Source of the DNA: Patescibacteria group bacterium
GTDB taxonomy: Bacteria > Patescibacteriota > Patescibacteriia > Patescibacteriales > UBA12465
NCBI GenBank assembly: GCA_038323715.1
Contig: JBBQHF010000004.1
Coordinates: forward strand, 6,159-70,158
DNA: 64,000 nucleotides
Direction: 5' to 3'
In this document: positions 37,101-45,887 of the stretch, one piece after another
How the letters are laid out: each line of letters begins with the position of its first letter
Position numbering within the stretch: position 1 is the stretch's first letter
Notes under the pieces: model-generated
What the model was told of the DNA's origin: nothing
Seen by the model: the letters and a program-made list of their open reading frames with translations, nothing else
Database searches by the model: none
Made by a program: the position numbers and the translations under genes

Positions 37101-37368
37101 GGCTATCGCTCTTATCTGTGCAATTATCAGTGCCAACCCTTCACCGTTTGTTGTTTTAGACGAAGTTGACGCTGCCCTTGATGAATCAAATTCAGAACGT
37201 CTCGCCAGAATTCTTGATGACTTATCTGACAAAACTCAATTTATCGTTATCACTCATAACCGCGCTTCAATGCAAAGAGCTAGTATTTTATATGGCGTAA
37301 CTATGCAATCAGATGGAGTAAGTAAATTATTAAGCGTCAAAATTGATGAAATTAATAATAATAAATAA
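34105..37368 (+). CDS. smc: SMC chromosome condensation ATPase with an atypical middle region
   Basis: N-terminus LEIQGFKSF...[24 protein letters not shown]. C-terminus [17 protein letters not shown]...[10 protein letters not shown]. Long coiled coils. ATG 34105 is preferred over TTG 34069. Confidence 0.85.
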   Translation: [1087 protein letters not shown]

Positions 37369-37453
37369 TTTAAAAAAAATTTAAGCTGGTTTCAAGTCAA
37401 ATATATTAAAATAATAATCGTCCCTAAAGGACGATTTTATTTTTAATAACCAG

Positions 37454-38977
37454 ATGACCACAAAAATATTATCCGCTGCTTTAATTGGCATAGAAGCCGC
37501 TATCATAGAAATAGAAGCCGCTATCGGCGGTGGTGATTTTGGGCAAATAACTATTGTTGGGCTGCCCGATGCTTCCGTCTCCGAATCTAAAGAACGAGTA
37601 CGGAGTGCTCTGCTCAATAGTTCGTTAGAATTTCCTAAAAGAAAAATAACAATCAATCTCGCCCCGGCCGATTTAAAAAAAGTCGGACCAATATATGATT
37701 TACCAATTGCAATTAGTATTCTGTCATTAAAATATAAATTAAATTTTGATTTTAAATCCTGTCTGATTGTCGGGGAGTTATCACTAGCGGGCGAAGTAAG
37801 AAAAATAAAAGGGATTGTTCCGATTGCCATTGCCGCTCAAGAAATGGGGCTAAAATATCTATTTTTGCCGCAAGACAATGCCCAAGAGGCAAGCTTAATC
37901 AAAGAATTAATAATATTACCGGTTGTAAGTTTACAACAATTATTAGATCATTTATCTGGAAAACATATTATCATGGCCTATATGCATGAGCCGCGTGTTT
38001 ATGTTAGCAACCAAGAAAATAACGATTTTATCCATATAAAAGGCCAGAAACAAGCAAAAAGAGCCCTGGAAATAGCCATCGCCGGCGGTCATAATATCCT
38101 TATGAGTGGTCCTCCTGGTTCCGGAAAAACTATGCTCGCTAAAGCGACGACCAGTATTCTGCCGGAGCTATCAGAAAAAGAGAAAATAGAAATATCAAAA
38201 ATATATAGTATCGCCGATGGGTTAACCAATCTTTCTCTACAACCATTCTCTGCTAATATGCGTCCATTTCGAGCACCTCATCATAGCGCCTCCGCTGCTG
38301 CCTTAATCGGTGGCGGGCTAAAATTCAGGCCAGGTGAAATATCTCTTGCTCATTTTGGTATTCTTTTTCTTGATGAATTCCCGGAATTTTCGCGCTACGC
38401 TATAGAAAGTTTACGTCAACCGCTGGAAGATGGCTCAATAACAATTAGCCGAGCTGCTGGTAATATACTACTCCCTGCCAGATTTATTTTGATTGCCGCC
38501 ATGAACCCTTGCCCCTGTGGCTTAAGGGGCATTGCTGGAAAAATATGTAAATGCTCGTTAGAACAAATAACGAAATACCGAAAAAAGATATCAGGCCCAA
38601 TCCTAGACAGGATAGACTTAAGAATTAATGTTGATAATCTTAAAATTCAAGAATTGGAACAACCAGAAAACGCGGAAACATCAAACACTATCAAGCACAG
38701 AATAGAATTGGCTAGAACAATACAGGCGCACCGTCTTAAAAAATTTTTTCCAGCCCTTAATTCTACTATTCCATCTTCACAAATTCATAACTTATTTAAA
38801 ATTGAAAAAATTGGTTTAAATTTTATCAAAACGGCCGCTAACACACTAGAGTTATCCAACCGCTCTTATTTTAAAATTCTAAAAATAGCCAGAACTATCG
38901 CCGACCTAGAAGACAGCCCCACCGTAAACCAAAACCACATCGCTGAAGCTCTCCAATATCGCCCAAATTACAATTAA
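37454..38977 (+). CDS. comM: Mg-chelatase-like ATPase YifB/ComM
   Basis: N-terminal Lon-protease-like domain, Walker A MSGPPGSGKT, FLDEFPEF, and the C-terminal Mg_chelatase_C region. Confidence 0.85.
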   Translation: MTTKILSAALIGIEAAIIEIEAAIGGGDFGQITIVGLPDASVSESKERVRSALLNSSLEFPKRKITINLAPADLKKVGPIYDLPIAISILSLKYKLNFDFKSCLIVGELSLAGEVRKIKGIVPIAIAAQEMGLKYLFLPQDNAQEASLIKELIILPVVSLQQLLDHLSGKHIIMAYMHEPRVYVSNQENNDFIHIKGQKQAKRALEIAIAGGHNILMSGPPGSGKTMLAKATTSILPELSEKEKIEISKIYSIADGLTNLSLQPFSANMRPFRAPHHSASAAALIGGGLKFRPGEISLAHFGILFLDEFPEFSRYAIESLRQPLEDGSITISRAAGNILLPARFILIAAMNPCPCGLRGIAGKICKCSLEQITKYRKKISGPILDRIDLRINVDNLKIQELEQPENAETSNTIKHRIELARTIQAHRLKKFFPALNSTIPSSQIHNLFKIEKIGLNFIKTAANTLELSNRSYFKILKIARTIADLEDSPTVNQNHIAEALQYRPNYN

Positions 38978-39049
38978 AAACTGGACTTTAAAAATTGGAA
39001 CAAAAAAGCTATTTTTGTTATAATAAACATAAGATAAATAAACAAAAAT

Positions 39050-40429
39050 ATGTTCAAAAAAATAACCGCTCTTTTCCTGTTGGCTATAGTATTTTTTACG
39101 TCTGGATTCGGCTGTAAAGTACAAGATAAATCTACCGCGACGGCTACAGTGCCAGTGACTCTTGTCTACTGGCGCGTATTTGACGGACAAGATGCTTTTG
39201 ACGATATTATCAAGAACTATCAAGCACTTCACCCTTTTGTTAAAATTGAATATCGCAAATTGCGTGCCAGTGAATATGAAACTGAATTATTAAATGCTCT
39301 CGCCGAAGACCGTGGTCCAGATATATTTTCTATCCATAATACTTGGGTGAGAAAATATCAATCAAAAATATCACCAATGCCAGACACAACCACTATGGCC
39401 TTTATGGTTACTCAAGGAACTATTAAAAAAGAAGTTATTCCAGAACTACGCACTACCAGAACTTTAAGTCTTAAAGAAATACGCGACAACTTTGTTGATG
39501 TTGTAGGCAAGGATGTTATTCTAGCGGACAATAAGATATACGGGCTTCCTTTATCCGTTGATACGCTCGCGATGTTTTATAATAAAGACTTGCTTAATAA
39601 TGCGGGTGTCAGCGAAGTCCCTAAGTATTGGAACCGTGATTTTTTACAAGCAATTAAAAAACTTACCAAACAAGACCCAAAAAGAGGACTCATCCAATCC
39701 GGCATTGCTATGGGAGGAAGTAGTAATATAGAAAGATACAGCGATATTTTAGCAACCTTAATGCTTCAAAATGGGGCGACGATGATTAACGACGGCAATC
39801 AGGTACGCTTCAATATGATTCCTGACTTTGCTAAAGATACTGGGTATAACCCCGGAATGGAGGCCCTGAGATTTTATACTGATTTTGCCAACCCGACTAA
39901 AGAGTCATATGCTTGGAACAACGAATTAAATAATTCCCTAGAAATGTTTATCAACGGTAACCTAGCAATTATGTTTGGCTATGCTTATGACATCCCTCTA
40001 ATCAAAGCAGGGGCACCAAAATTAAATTTCTCAATTGCTAAATTCCCGCAAATTGAAGGCAATCCTCCAACTAATATAAATTTTGCTAACTACTGGGTAG
40101 AGACGGTATCAAAAAAAAGTCAGCACGCTAACGAGGCTTGGGATTTTATACAATTCATTACCAGAGAAGAACAGGCTAAAATTTACTTAGCTAAGACGCA
40201 AAAACCAACAGCACTTAGATCATTAGTGGCTAGCCAGAAAGAAGAAGATTTAGTTGGAGTTTTTGCTGACCAAGTTTTAACCGCCAGAAGTTGGTATCGT
40301 GGTAAAAATGTGACCGCGGCCGAAGATGCAATTAAAGAAATGATAGACACTGTCATCGCTAATGGCACCGAAAAATTACAAAATATAATAAATAACGCCG
40401 CCAATAAAGTTCAACAAACTATCAATTAA
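39050..40429 (+). CDS. Extracellular solute-binding lipoprotein (ABC family 1 type), orphan
   Basis: Lipobox FTSGFGC, then a sugar-SBP-like sequence (LVYWRVFDGQDAF..., YGLPLSVDTLAMFYNKDL). No permease or ATPase gene is adjacent. Confidence 0.7.
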   Translation: MFKKITALFLLAIVFFTSGFGCKVQDKSTATATVPVTLVYWRVFDGQDAFDDIIKNYQALHPFVKIEYRKLRASEYETELLNALAEDRGPDIFSIHNTWVRKYQSKISPMPDTTTMAFMVTQGTIKKEVIPELRTTRTLSLKEIRDNFVDVVGKDVILADNKIYGLPLSVDTLAMFYNKDLLNNAGVSEVPKYWNRDFLQAIKKLTKQDPKRGLIQSGIAMGGSSNIERYSDILATLMLQNGATMINDGNQVRFNMIPDFAKDTGYNPGMEALRFYTDFANPTKESYAWNNELNNSLEMFINGNLAIMFGYAYDIPLIKAGAPKLNFSIAKFPQIEGNPPTNINFANYWVETVSKKSQHANEAWDFIQFITREEQAKIYLAKTQKPTALRSLVASQKEEDLVGVFADQVLTARSWYRGKNVTAAEDAIKEMIDTVIANGTEKLQNIINNAANKVQQTIN

Positions 40430-40433
40430 TTTT

Positions 40434-40916
40434 ATGTTAAAGAAAATTCTATTTTCTGTCGCACTGATAACCATCACCTGTTCTATTGGATTATTATCTA
40501 TCAATAATTCTGCCCTCGCTCAAAACACCGGCACCGGTTTTATTCCTCAGGCAACCGGAGAACAGTCAGCTAACTGTCATGCGCCCGCCGATTCAGGAAT
40601 GGACGATAAAACATATTGCGGAGATTATGCCGTCAGTGACTTTCTCTCCATTGCTATTATCGCCTCTCAATGGATACTTGGCATCGTTGGCTCTTTAGCC
40701 CTAATTATGTTTATCTATGGAGGATTTATGTTTTTAATTTCGGCTGGTTCAAGCGATAAAGTCGGTCAAGCAAAAAAAATACTGGTCGCCGCTATAATCG
40801 GATTAATAATAGTATTTTCCAGCTGGTTAATAATAAAATTTGTTACTGGCTCCATTGGAGCAAAAAAGGTTTTCAATGGCACAGTTAGTTTAAGCAGTTA
40901 TCTAGTTAAAATATAA
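40434..40916 (+). CDS. VirB2/TrbC-like pilin paralog P0
   Basis: Signal peptide ending ALAQ. A Cys pair lies in the exposed region. The C-terminal hairpin LALIMFIYGGFMFLISAGSSDKVGQAKKILVAAIIGLIIVFSSW is homologous to the 45452-48023 array. Confidence 0.65.
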   Translation: MLKKILFSVALITITCSIGLLSINNSALAQNTGTGFIPQATGEQSANCHAPADSGMDDKTYCGDYAVSDFLSIAIIASQWILGIVGSLALIMFIYGGFMFLISAGSSDKVGQAKKILVAAIIGLIIVFSSWLIIKFVTGSIGAKKVFNGTVSLSSYLVKI

Positions 40917-41572
40917 TGGTCCCTTTTACTCCAAAAAGATTAATTAATGACAGTCTGGGCGAAGAATTAAGACGACTCAGAAATTTAAAGAATTTAAAAA
41001 TAGAAGATATCGCCACTAAATTGGGGATTAGAAAAGAATATATTCTATCTATGGAGGCTGAAGATTTTAGCTCTTTACCATCAGGGCTATACGGTAAAAA
41101 TTTCCTTAAAAAATATGCCAACTTTTTGGGAGTTGACCCGCTAATAATTAAACAGTATCTAGCCGAATCATCTTTGGAGAACTTAGACAACAACCCTTTT
41201 TCTCAGAAAGTATTAAAAAAAAGTAAATTCTTAATTTTTCCAAAAATTATTAGAAATTTAGCAATCAGCTTGGCGGTTATTATTTGCTTTTTATATCTAA
41301 TGTTTTACTTCAAAAAAATTATTCTCCCTCCAGACTTAATACTAACCCAACCGGATCGCAATCTCATGATAAAAGAATCCTCCATTCTGATAACGGGCAA
41401 GACCGAAGAAGAGGCAGAAGTCAAAATTAACGGAGAATTGATTCTAAATAATAATAACGGTGAATTCTCTCAATTGGTAAATTTAAAAAAGGGGATGAAT
41501 AACTTGGAGGTCAGTGCTAAAAAAAAGTATAGCCAAGAGAATATAATAATTAGGCAAATATTAGTAGAATAA
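40916..41572 (+). CDS. RodZ-like HTH membrane protein
   Basis: N-terminal XRE-type HTH (LGEELRRLRNLKNLKIEDIATKLGIRKEYILSMEAEDF), one TM helix and a beta-rich C-terminal domain. The start overlaps the P0 stop (TAATG). Confidence 0.6.
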   Translation: MVPFTPKRLINDSLGEELRRLRNLKNLKIEDIATKLGIRKEYILSMEAEDFSSLPSGLYGKNFLKKYANFLGVDPLIIKQYLAESSLENLDNNPFSQKVLKKSKFLIFPKIIRNLAISLAVIICFLYLMFYFKKIILPPDLILTQPDRNLMIKESSILITGKTEEEAEVKINGELILNNNNGEFSQLVNLKKGMNNLEVSAKKKYSQENIIIRQILVE

Positions 41573-41586
41573 TTAGCTTAAATCAT

Positions 41587-42138
41587 ATGTTTGAAATAAA
41601 TAAAACCGCCCTATTTGACATTGCCGCTATTTTGAATAAAATAACAGTAACCGAAAGACAGAAAGTAGCTGAACTAGGTTGTGGTAATTTTGGATTTTTT
41701 ACTTTCCCTTTAGCTCGCTTAGTTGGCCGTTCGGGAAAAGTTTATGCCGTTGATATTTTAAAATCCACGTTGACAGAAATCAAAGACAGAGCAACTAAAG
41801 AAAATATGCCTCAAATAATTCCAATTTGGAGTAATTTAGAGGTATTTAAAGGGACAAAAATAGAGACTGCGAGCCTAGATAGTTGCCTCTTGATAAATGT
41901 ATTGCACCAATCCGAGAAAAGGGTTGAAATAATCAGAGAGGCATCAAGACTATTAAAAAGTGGCGGAAAACTACTTATCGTTGAGTGGAGTAATGCCGAT
42001 TCCCCATTAGGGCCTAAACCAGAAAAAAGGCTGAAGCTAGAATCTTTGAAAATAGCCGCTGTAAAATTAGGGTTTGATGTTAAAGAAGAATTTATTGCCG
42101 GCCCCTATCATTACGGATTAGTGTTAATTAAATTATAA
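41587..42138 (+). CDS. Class I SAM-dependent methyltransferase
   Basis: Motif I VAELGCGNFGFF, and LIVEW. Confidence 0.65.
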   Translation: MFEINKTALFDIAAILNKITVTERQKVAELGCGNFGFFTFPLARLVGRSGKVYAVDILKSTLTEIKDRATKENMPQIIPIWSNLEVFKGTKIETASLDSCLLINVLHQSEKRVEIIREASRLLKSGGKLLIVEWSNADSPLGPKPEKRLKLESLKIAAVKLGFDVKEEFIAGPYHYGLVLIKL

Positions 42139-42193
42139 ATTATATCTGCTTATTCGCCACTTAAAAGCGTCAAGCTGACTAACAAGAAAAGTT

Positions 42194-42577
42194 ATGACAA
42201 ACCTATTCACCTGGAAATACTGGTTTACCGTCAATCCGGAACCACTAACTCCACTCGCCTTCAAAGTTTTAGTTGGAATATTAATTCTCTTAGCTGTCAG
42301 CGCAATCATTATTGCTATTATCAAAAGAAAAAATAGCTTATACCGCGGGGTATTTAAAAAATTATACAATCTGTGTGCTAGCAACCTCGTGATTGGATTA
42401 ATCATCTTATTTTTCAATTACGAAACTGTTCCTTTCTTATCTTCAAGATTGTGGATAGGAGCCTGGGTTTTAGAAATGGCCATTTGGAAATTCTTTATTT
42501 TAAAAGATGCTAAAGAAATTCCAAAAAATAAAAAAGCGCTAGAGGCTCAAAAAGAATTAAAAAAATATCTTCCTTAA
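42194..42577 (+). CDS. Small membrane protein
   Basis: 127 aa, 3 TM helices, co-oriented with its neighbours; preferred over the antisense ORF 42133-42417. Confidence 0.45.
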   Translation: MTNLFTWKYWFTVNPEPLTPLAFKVLVGILILLAVSAIIIAIIKRKNSLYRGVFKKLYNLCASNLVIGLIILFFNYETVPFLSSRLWIGAWVLEMAIWKFFILKDAKEIPKNKKALEAQKELKKYLP

Positions 42578-42653
42578 ATTAATTGAAAACAAAAATTACA
42601 AAAATATCAATCTCACAAAAGCCTCATATTGTATGAGGCTTTTGTTTAATAAT

Positions 42654-43010
42654 ATGAACCAGAAAACTATTGGCAATTTTGGAGAAAATTTAGCCTGTAA
42701 ATATTTAGAAAATAAAAATTATAAGATACTGGGACGCAATATAAAAGTTAGTCGCTTAGAATTAGATATTATCGCTTCAAAGTCAAAAAAAATAGATTTC
42801 TTTGAAGTCAAAACTAGAATTAAAAATTCAGAAACAGAAAAAGATATTTTTCTAGGCGCGCACCAAATTAAGAATCTAAAAAAAGCGACAATCCGCTATG
42901 CCGCTTTACACAAAATAAATTTTGAATTTATTAGATTCAACTTAATTGTAATTTTATTAGACCGACAAAATAAAACCGCCCTAATCAAGCACTACCCCGA
43001 TATTTTTTAA
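42654..43010 (+). CDS. YraN-family (UPF0102) endonuclease-like protein
   Basis: GENLACKYLENKNYKILGRN...ELDIIA...FFEVKTR. Confidence 0.75.
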   Translation: MNQKTIGNFGENLACKYLENKNYKILGRNIKVSRLELDIIASKSKKIDFFEVKTRIKNSETEKDIFLGAHQIKNLKKATIRYAALHKINFEFIRFNLIVILLDRQNKTALIKHYPDIF

Positions 43011-43730
43011 TGTTTTTAATCTACGCCTAAAAACTAATAAACATTTTAGAAATCTCCAACTATCACTGATAATTCTAATATTACTCTTTTTGCTCCCCAC
43101 CCTATTTTCAGTCCAGGTAACTGCTATTTCTCGGACTCTTAAACCCATCCTTTTAGCCAAAACAACTAGCTCGGTGTCAAAAAACCAATTATCGTCAGTG
43201 AGCAGGTTGTCTAATTTTCTAAAACTATCTTTACTAATGGCCTTGAATCCGCACTGAATATCTAAAATTTTATGATGTAAAATAAACTGTGACAATAGAA
43301 TATAACTCTTAGAAATTAGCCCTCGACGCCAAGAACGACTAGCAGAGGCGCCAGGAACAAAACGAGACCCAATAACTAAATCAGCCTCTTTATTTAAAAT
43401 TGGTTCAATCAAACTATTCAAGGCTTCTAAGGATACGGCCAAATCAGCATCCATAAAAGCTAAAATGTCGGCTTCGCTATTATACCACCCAGTCCTTATC
43501 GCTCTCCCTTTTCCTGGCTCTTGGATGTTTAAATAATCTATTTTAGTAGGTAATTTTTCTTTTAAGTTAGCTAGAATTAATTCTGAATTATCATTGGACC
43601 CATTAATAACTCCGATAATCTTCCAAGTAAAACTAAAATTTTTACTTTCCAAATACAAAATCAGCTGCAAAATATTTTTTTCCAGAATATCAGCCTCATC
43701 TTTTATTGGTAAACAAAAATCTACTCTCAT
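42981..43730 (-). CDS. Family 2 glycosyltransferase (polyprenol-phosphate sugar synthase-like)
   Basis: GT-A layout with VINGSNDNS and the FMDADLA (DxD) motif. 249 aa. Confidence 0.75.
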   Translation of the reverse strand: MRVDFCLPIKDEADILEKNILQLILYLESKNFSFTWKIIGVINGSNDNSELILANLKEKLPTKIDYLNIQEPGKGRAIRTGWYNSEADILAFMDADLAVSLEALNSLIEPILNKEADLVIGSRFVPGASASRSWRRGLISKSYILLSQFILHHKILDIQCGFKAISKDSFRKLDNLLTDDNWFFDTELVVLAKRMGLRVREIAVTWTENRVGSKKSNIRIISDSWRFLKCLLVFRRRLKTLKNIGVVLD

Positions 43731-43736
43731 ATTTAA

Positions 43737-45320
43737 TTAATTGCGTATATATATTTTAGCAGTTTCGTCTTGATATACAATCTTCCAAGCTGATGATGTT
43801 TCTAAATACTCTCTAAGTTTATTGTGCGCTTTAAGATCCGAATCTTTAATCTTAAAAAATATTTTTTCCCACTTCTTGGCAAACACATCTTTATCCCTTG
43901 TTTTTAAAATTACCAATTTAATATCATACTCTTCTAATTTCTGTGCCTGATGATTATCGCCCACAAAAAAACTATAATATTCCTGGATAAAGGTCCAGTC
44001 GGCAAACTTAACTTGCGGCAAACGTCCGTCTATAAAAATTTGTCTCTCCGGTAATACATAAATTAAAAATCCTCCCCAGCCATAATTATTAAAAATATTA
44101 TAATTTACATATTGTGGTTGTGACTTTAAAAAATTAACTGCCTCGCAGGGATAATCAGCGCAAAAAGAAACAAAGGGGTTCTTAACCATCTTCAAAGTAA
44201 TAAACTGCGCAGCAATTGCTAAGCTAATACAAAAAATAAAAAGCCCTTTCAACCAATTAGCATAAGCTATTTTTATCTCAGTAAAGAATTCATTAAACAC
44301 ATCAACCATAAAGACAAACGAGACCACAAAAAATAAGGGGAAATGTCGGCGTGATTTAAAACTTAAAATTAGAAAAACAAAAGATAAAAATATTTTCCAA
44401 GTTTCTAGGCTCTGTTTGTGTTTTAATTTAAAAAATAAATAGATGAACAGAGCGGACAGTCCTAACGCTAAATATATTAGCTGATCGTAATGGAAAGGAA
44501 ATGAATACTGTGGCAACCATTCTTGAATAAGAGACAAGTAGGCTTTATTCTGGTAACCAGCTAAAAATCCATATAATTCTAACTTATACGGCGTTAAGAA
44601 AGTTACAACCAAGGAAGCCAGCGCCGCCATAGAAAAAAATTTAATCTGTTGGGGGGCGACTAAATTATGAACATTAAAAATATGGAGGCTAGTTTTATGA
44701 ACTATAAACCTTTCAAAGAGAGTAATCCCTAGCCAAGAAAATATTATAAAAAATCCAATCAAAAAACTAGCGTGCAAATTAGCCCAAAAGAAAAATATTA
44801 TTGGTAATAATATTAAAATACGCCAATTTTTTGTCTTACTATAATTTTCAATTATTATTAGTAAAATAATAATGAATAAAAGGGCTAGTTCTTGTATTCT
44901 TAAGCCGAGGTGAGGCAAGGAAGCTAAAACACCAAATAATTGCAACCCCGCCATCAACCAAAATGGCGGTTTATTTCCTAATTTATATCTAACAAAATAA
45001 TTTAAAAGCACTAAAACTAGTATTATTAAAAGGGCAAACAAAACAACCAAAAATCCATACCCCAGATTATGATATATGAGAGCAATTACGGCATTGGATA
45101 GCCATTCATGATCAACCCAATTGCCAACATAAGTATAGTTGTAAGGATTAGCGTGAGGCACTTGATAAGAAGCAATGATCTCTTCCCCCACCTTCAGATG
45201 CCAACCGAAATCAGGGTCCAAATAAGAAAACCCGCCTCTTAATAAGAGACCAAATAATAAAAAGTAAAACAAAACCCAAAAAATGTTAACAAATTTAATT
45301 TCCCGTATTATTTTCAACAT
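43737..45320 (-). CDS. Polytopic GT-C-like membrane glycosyltransferase
   Basis: 527 aa, at least 11 TM helices, an acidic first-loop motif YLDPDFGWH, and a C-terminal soluble domain. Confidence 0.5.
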   Translation of the reverse strand: MLKIIREIKFVNIFWVLFYFLLFGLLLRGGFSYLDPDFGWHLKVGEEIIASYQVPHANPYNYTYVGNWVDHEWLSNAVIALIYHNLGYGFLVVLFALLIILVLVLLNYFVRYKLGNKPPFWLMAGLQLFGVLASLPHLGLRIQELALLFIIILLIIIENYSKTKNWRILILLPIIFFFWANLHASFLIGFFIIFSWLGITLFERFIVHKTSLHIFNVHNLVAPQQIKFFSMAALASLVVTFLTPYKLELYGFLAGYQNKAYLSLIQEWLPQYSFPFHYDQLIYLALGLSALFIYLFFKLKHKQSLETWKIFLSFVFLILSFKSRRHFPLFFVVSFVFMVDVFNEFFTEIKIAYANWLKGLFIFCISLAIAAQFITLKMVKNPFVSFCADYPCEAVNFLKSQPQYVNYNIFNNYGWGGFLIYVLPERQIFIDGRLPQVKFADWTFIQEYYSFFVGDNHQAQKLEEYDIKLVILKTRDKDVFAKKWEKIFFKIKDSDLKAHNKLREYLETSSAWKIVYQDETAKIYIRN

Positions 45321-45372
45321 AAAAGGGTTAATATTAGGCTTATATCTCTTATATTAACATAGGCGATTTTAT

Positions 45373-45401
45373 TTGTCTTGTTAAAAATAGTGTGCTAAAA
45401 T
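45373..45401 (+). promoter_or_regulatory. Sigma70-type promoter with extended -10 for the pilin array
   Basis: TTGTCT (45373-45378), 17-nt spacer ending in TGC, TAAAAT (45396-45401). Shine-Dalgarno AAAGGGGGTGA at 45437-45447. Confidence 0.55.
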
Positions 45402-45451
45402 TAGAGGTGTAAAATTAAAAATTATTAACATTTAAGAAAGGGGGTGAAAAT

Positions 45452-45853
45452 ATGAATAAAATTTCTAAACACTTAATTTCACTAGCTATCGTTTCCTTGC
45501 TAGTTATCCCAGTTTTTGTTTTACCAGCTAACGCACAAACCGCAGACTTTGGTATCAACCAAGTTGAAAATGGTTTGGGTGGCGCTTTAGGCGGTAAGGA
45601 CACAGACCCAAGAGAACTAGTTGGCCGTATCATTAATCTTGCCTTAGGTTTCTTGGGCTTGATTGCAGTTGTTATCATCTTAATGGGTGGTTTCAAATGG
45701 ATGACTGCCGGAGGGAATGAAGACAAGGTTGCTGAAGCTAAAAAATTATTAGGCGCTGGAGTTATCGGCCTAGTTATCGTACTAGCTGCCTGGGCCCTCG
45801 CAAGTTGGCTTATTGGTGCTATTTACAATCAAACTATCGGAGTTACCCCTTAG
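45452..45853 (+). CDS. VirB2/TrbC-like pilin paralog P1 (candidate major subunit)
   Basis: Signal peptide ...VLPANAQ. LMGGFKWMTAGGNEDKVAEAKKLL lies between two hydrophobic helices. This is the only array member with a strong SD. Confidence 0.75.
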   Translation: MNKISKHLISLAIVSLLVIPVFVLPANAQTADFGINQVENGLGGALGGKDTDPRELVGRIINLALGFLGLIAVVIILMGGFKWMTAGGNEDKVAEAKKLLGAGVIGLVIVLAAWALASWLIGAIYNQTIGVTP

Positions 45854-45887
45854 TAAAATATGTGGTTCTCATTATAATGATGGGAAT

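Noticed and set aside
37381-37830. 149-aa minus-strand ORF overlapping the comM/yifB 5' region.
   Set aside because: The plus-strand frame encodes the conserved YifB N-terminal domain (ILSAALIGIEA...). The antisense ORF is a shadow of it.
42133-42417. 94-aa minus-strand ORF overlapping the 127-aa plus-strand membrane protein.
   Set aside because: All neighbours are plus-strand and tightly spaced. The plus frame has a better start and clearer TM helices. Only one can be real, and the plus one is favoured with low confidence.
45415-45726. Minus-strand ORFs antisense to pilin genes (45415-45726 and 47103-47525).
   Set aside because: The plus-strand frames give six mutually homologous proteins with signal peptides. 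The antisense frames share nothing and lack starts with any context.
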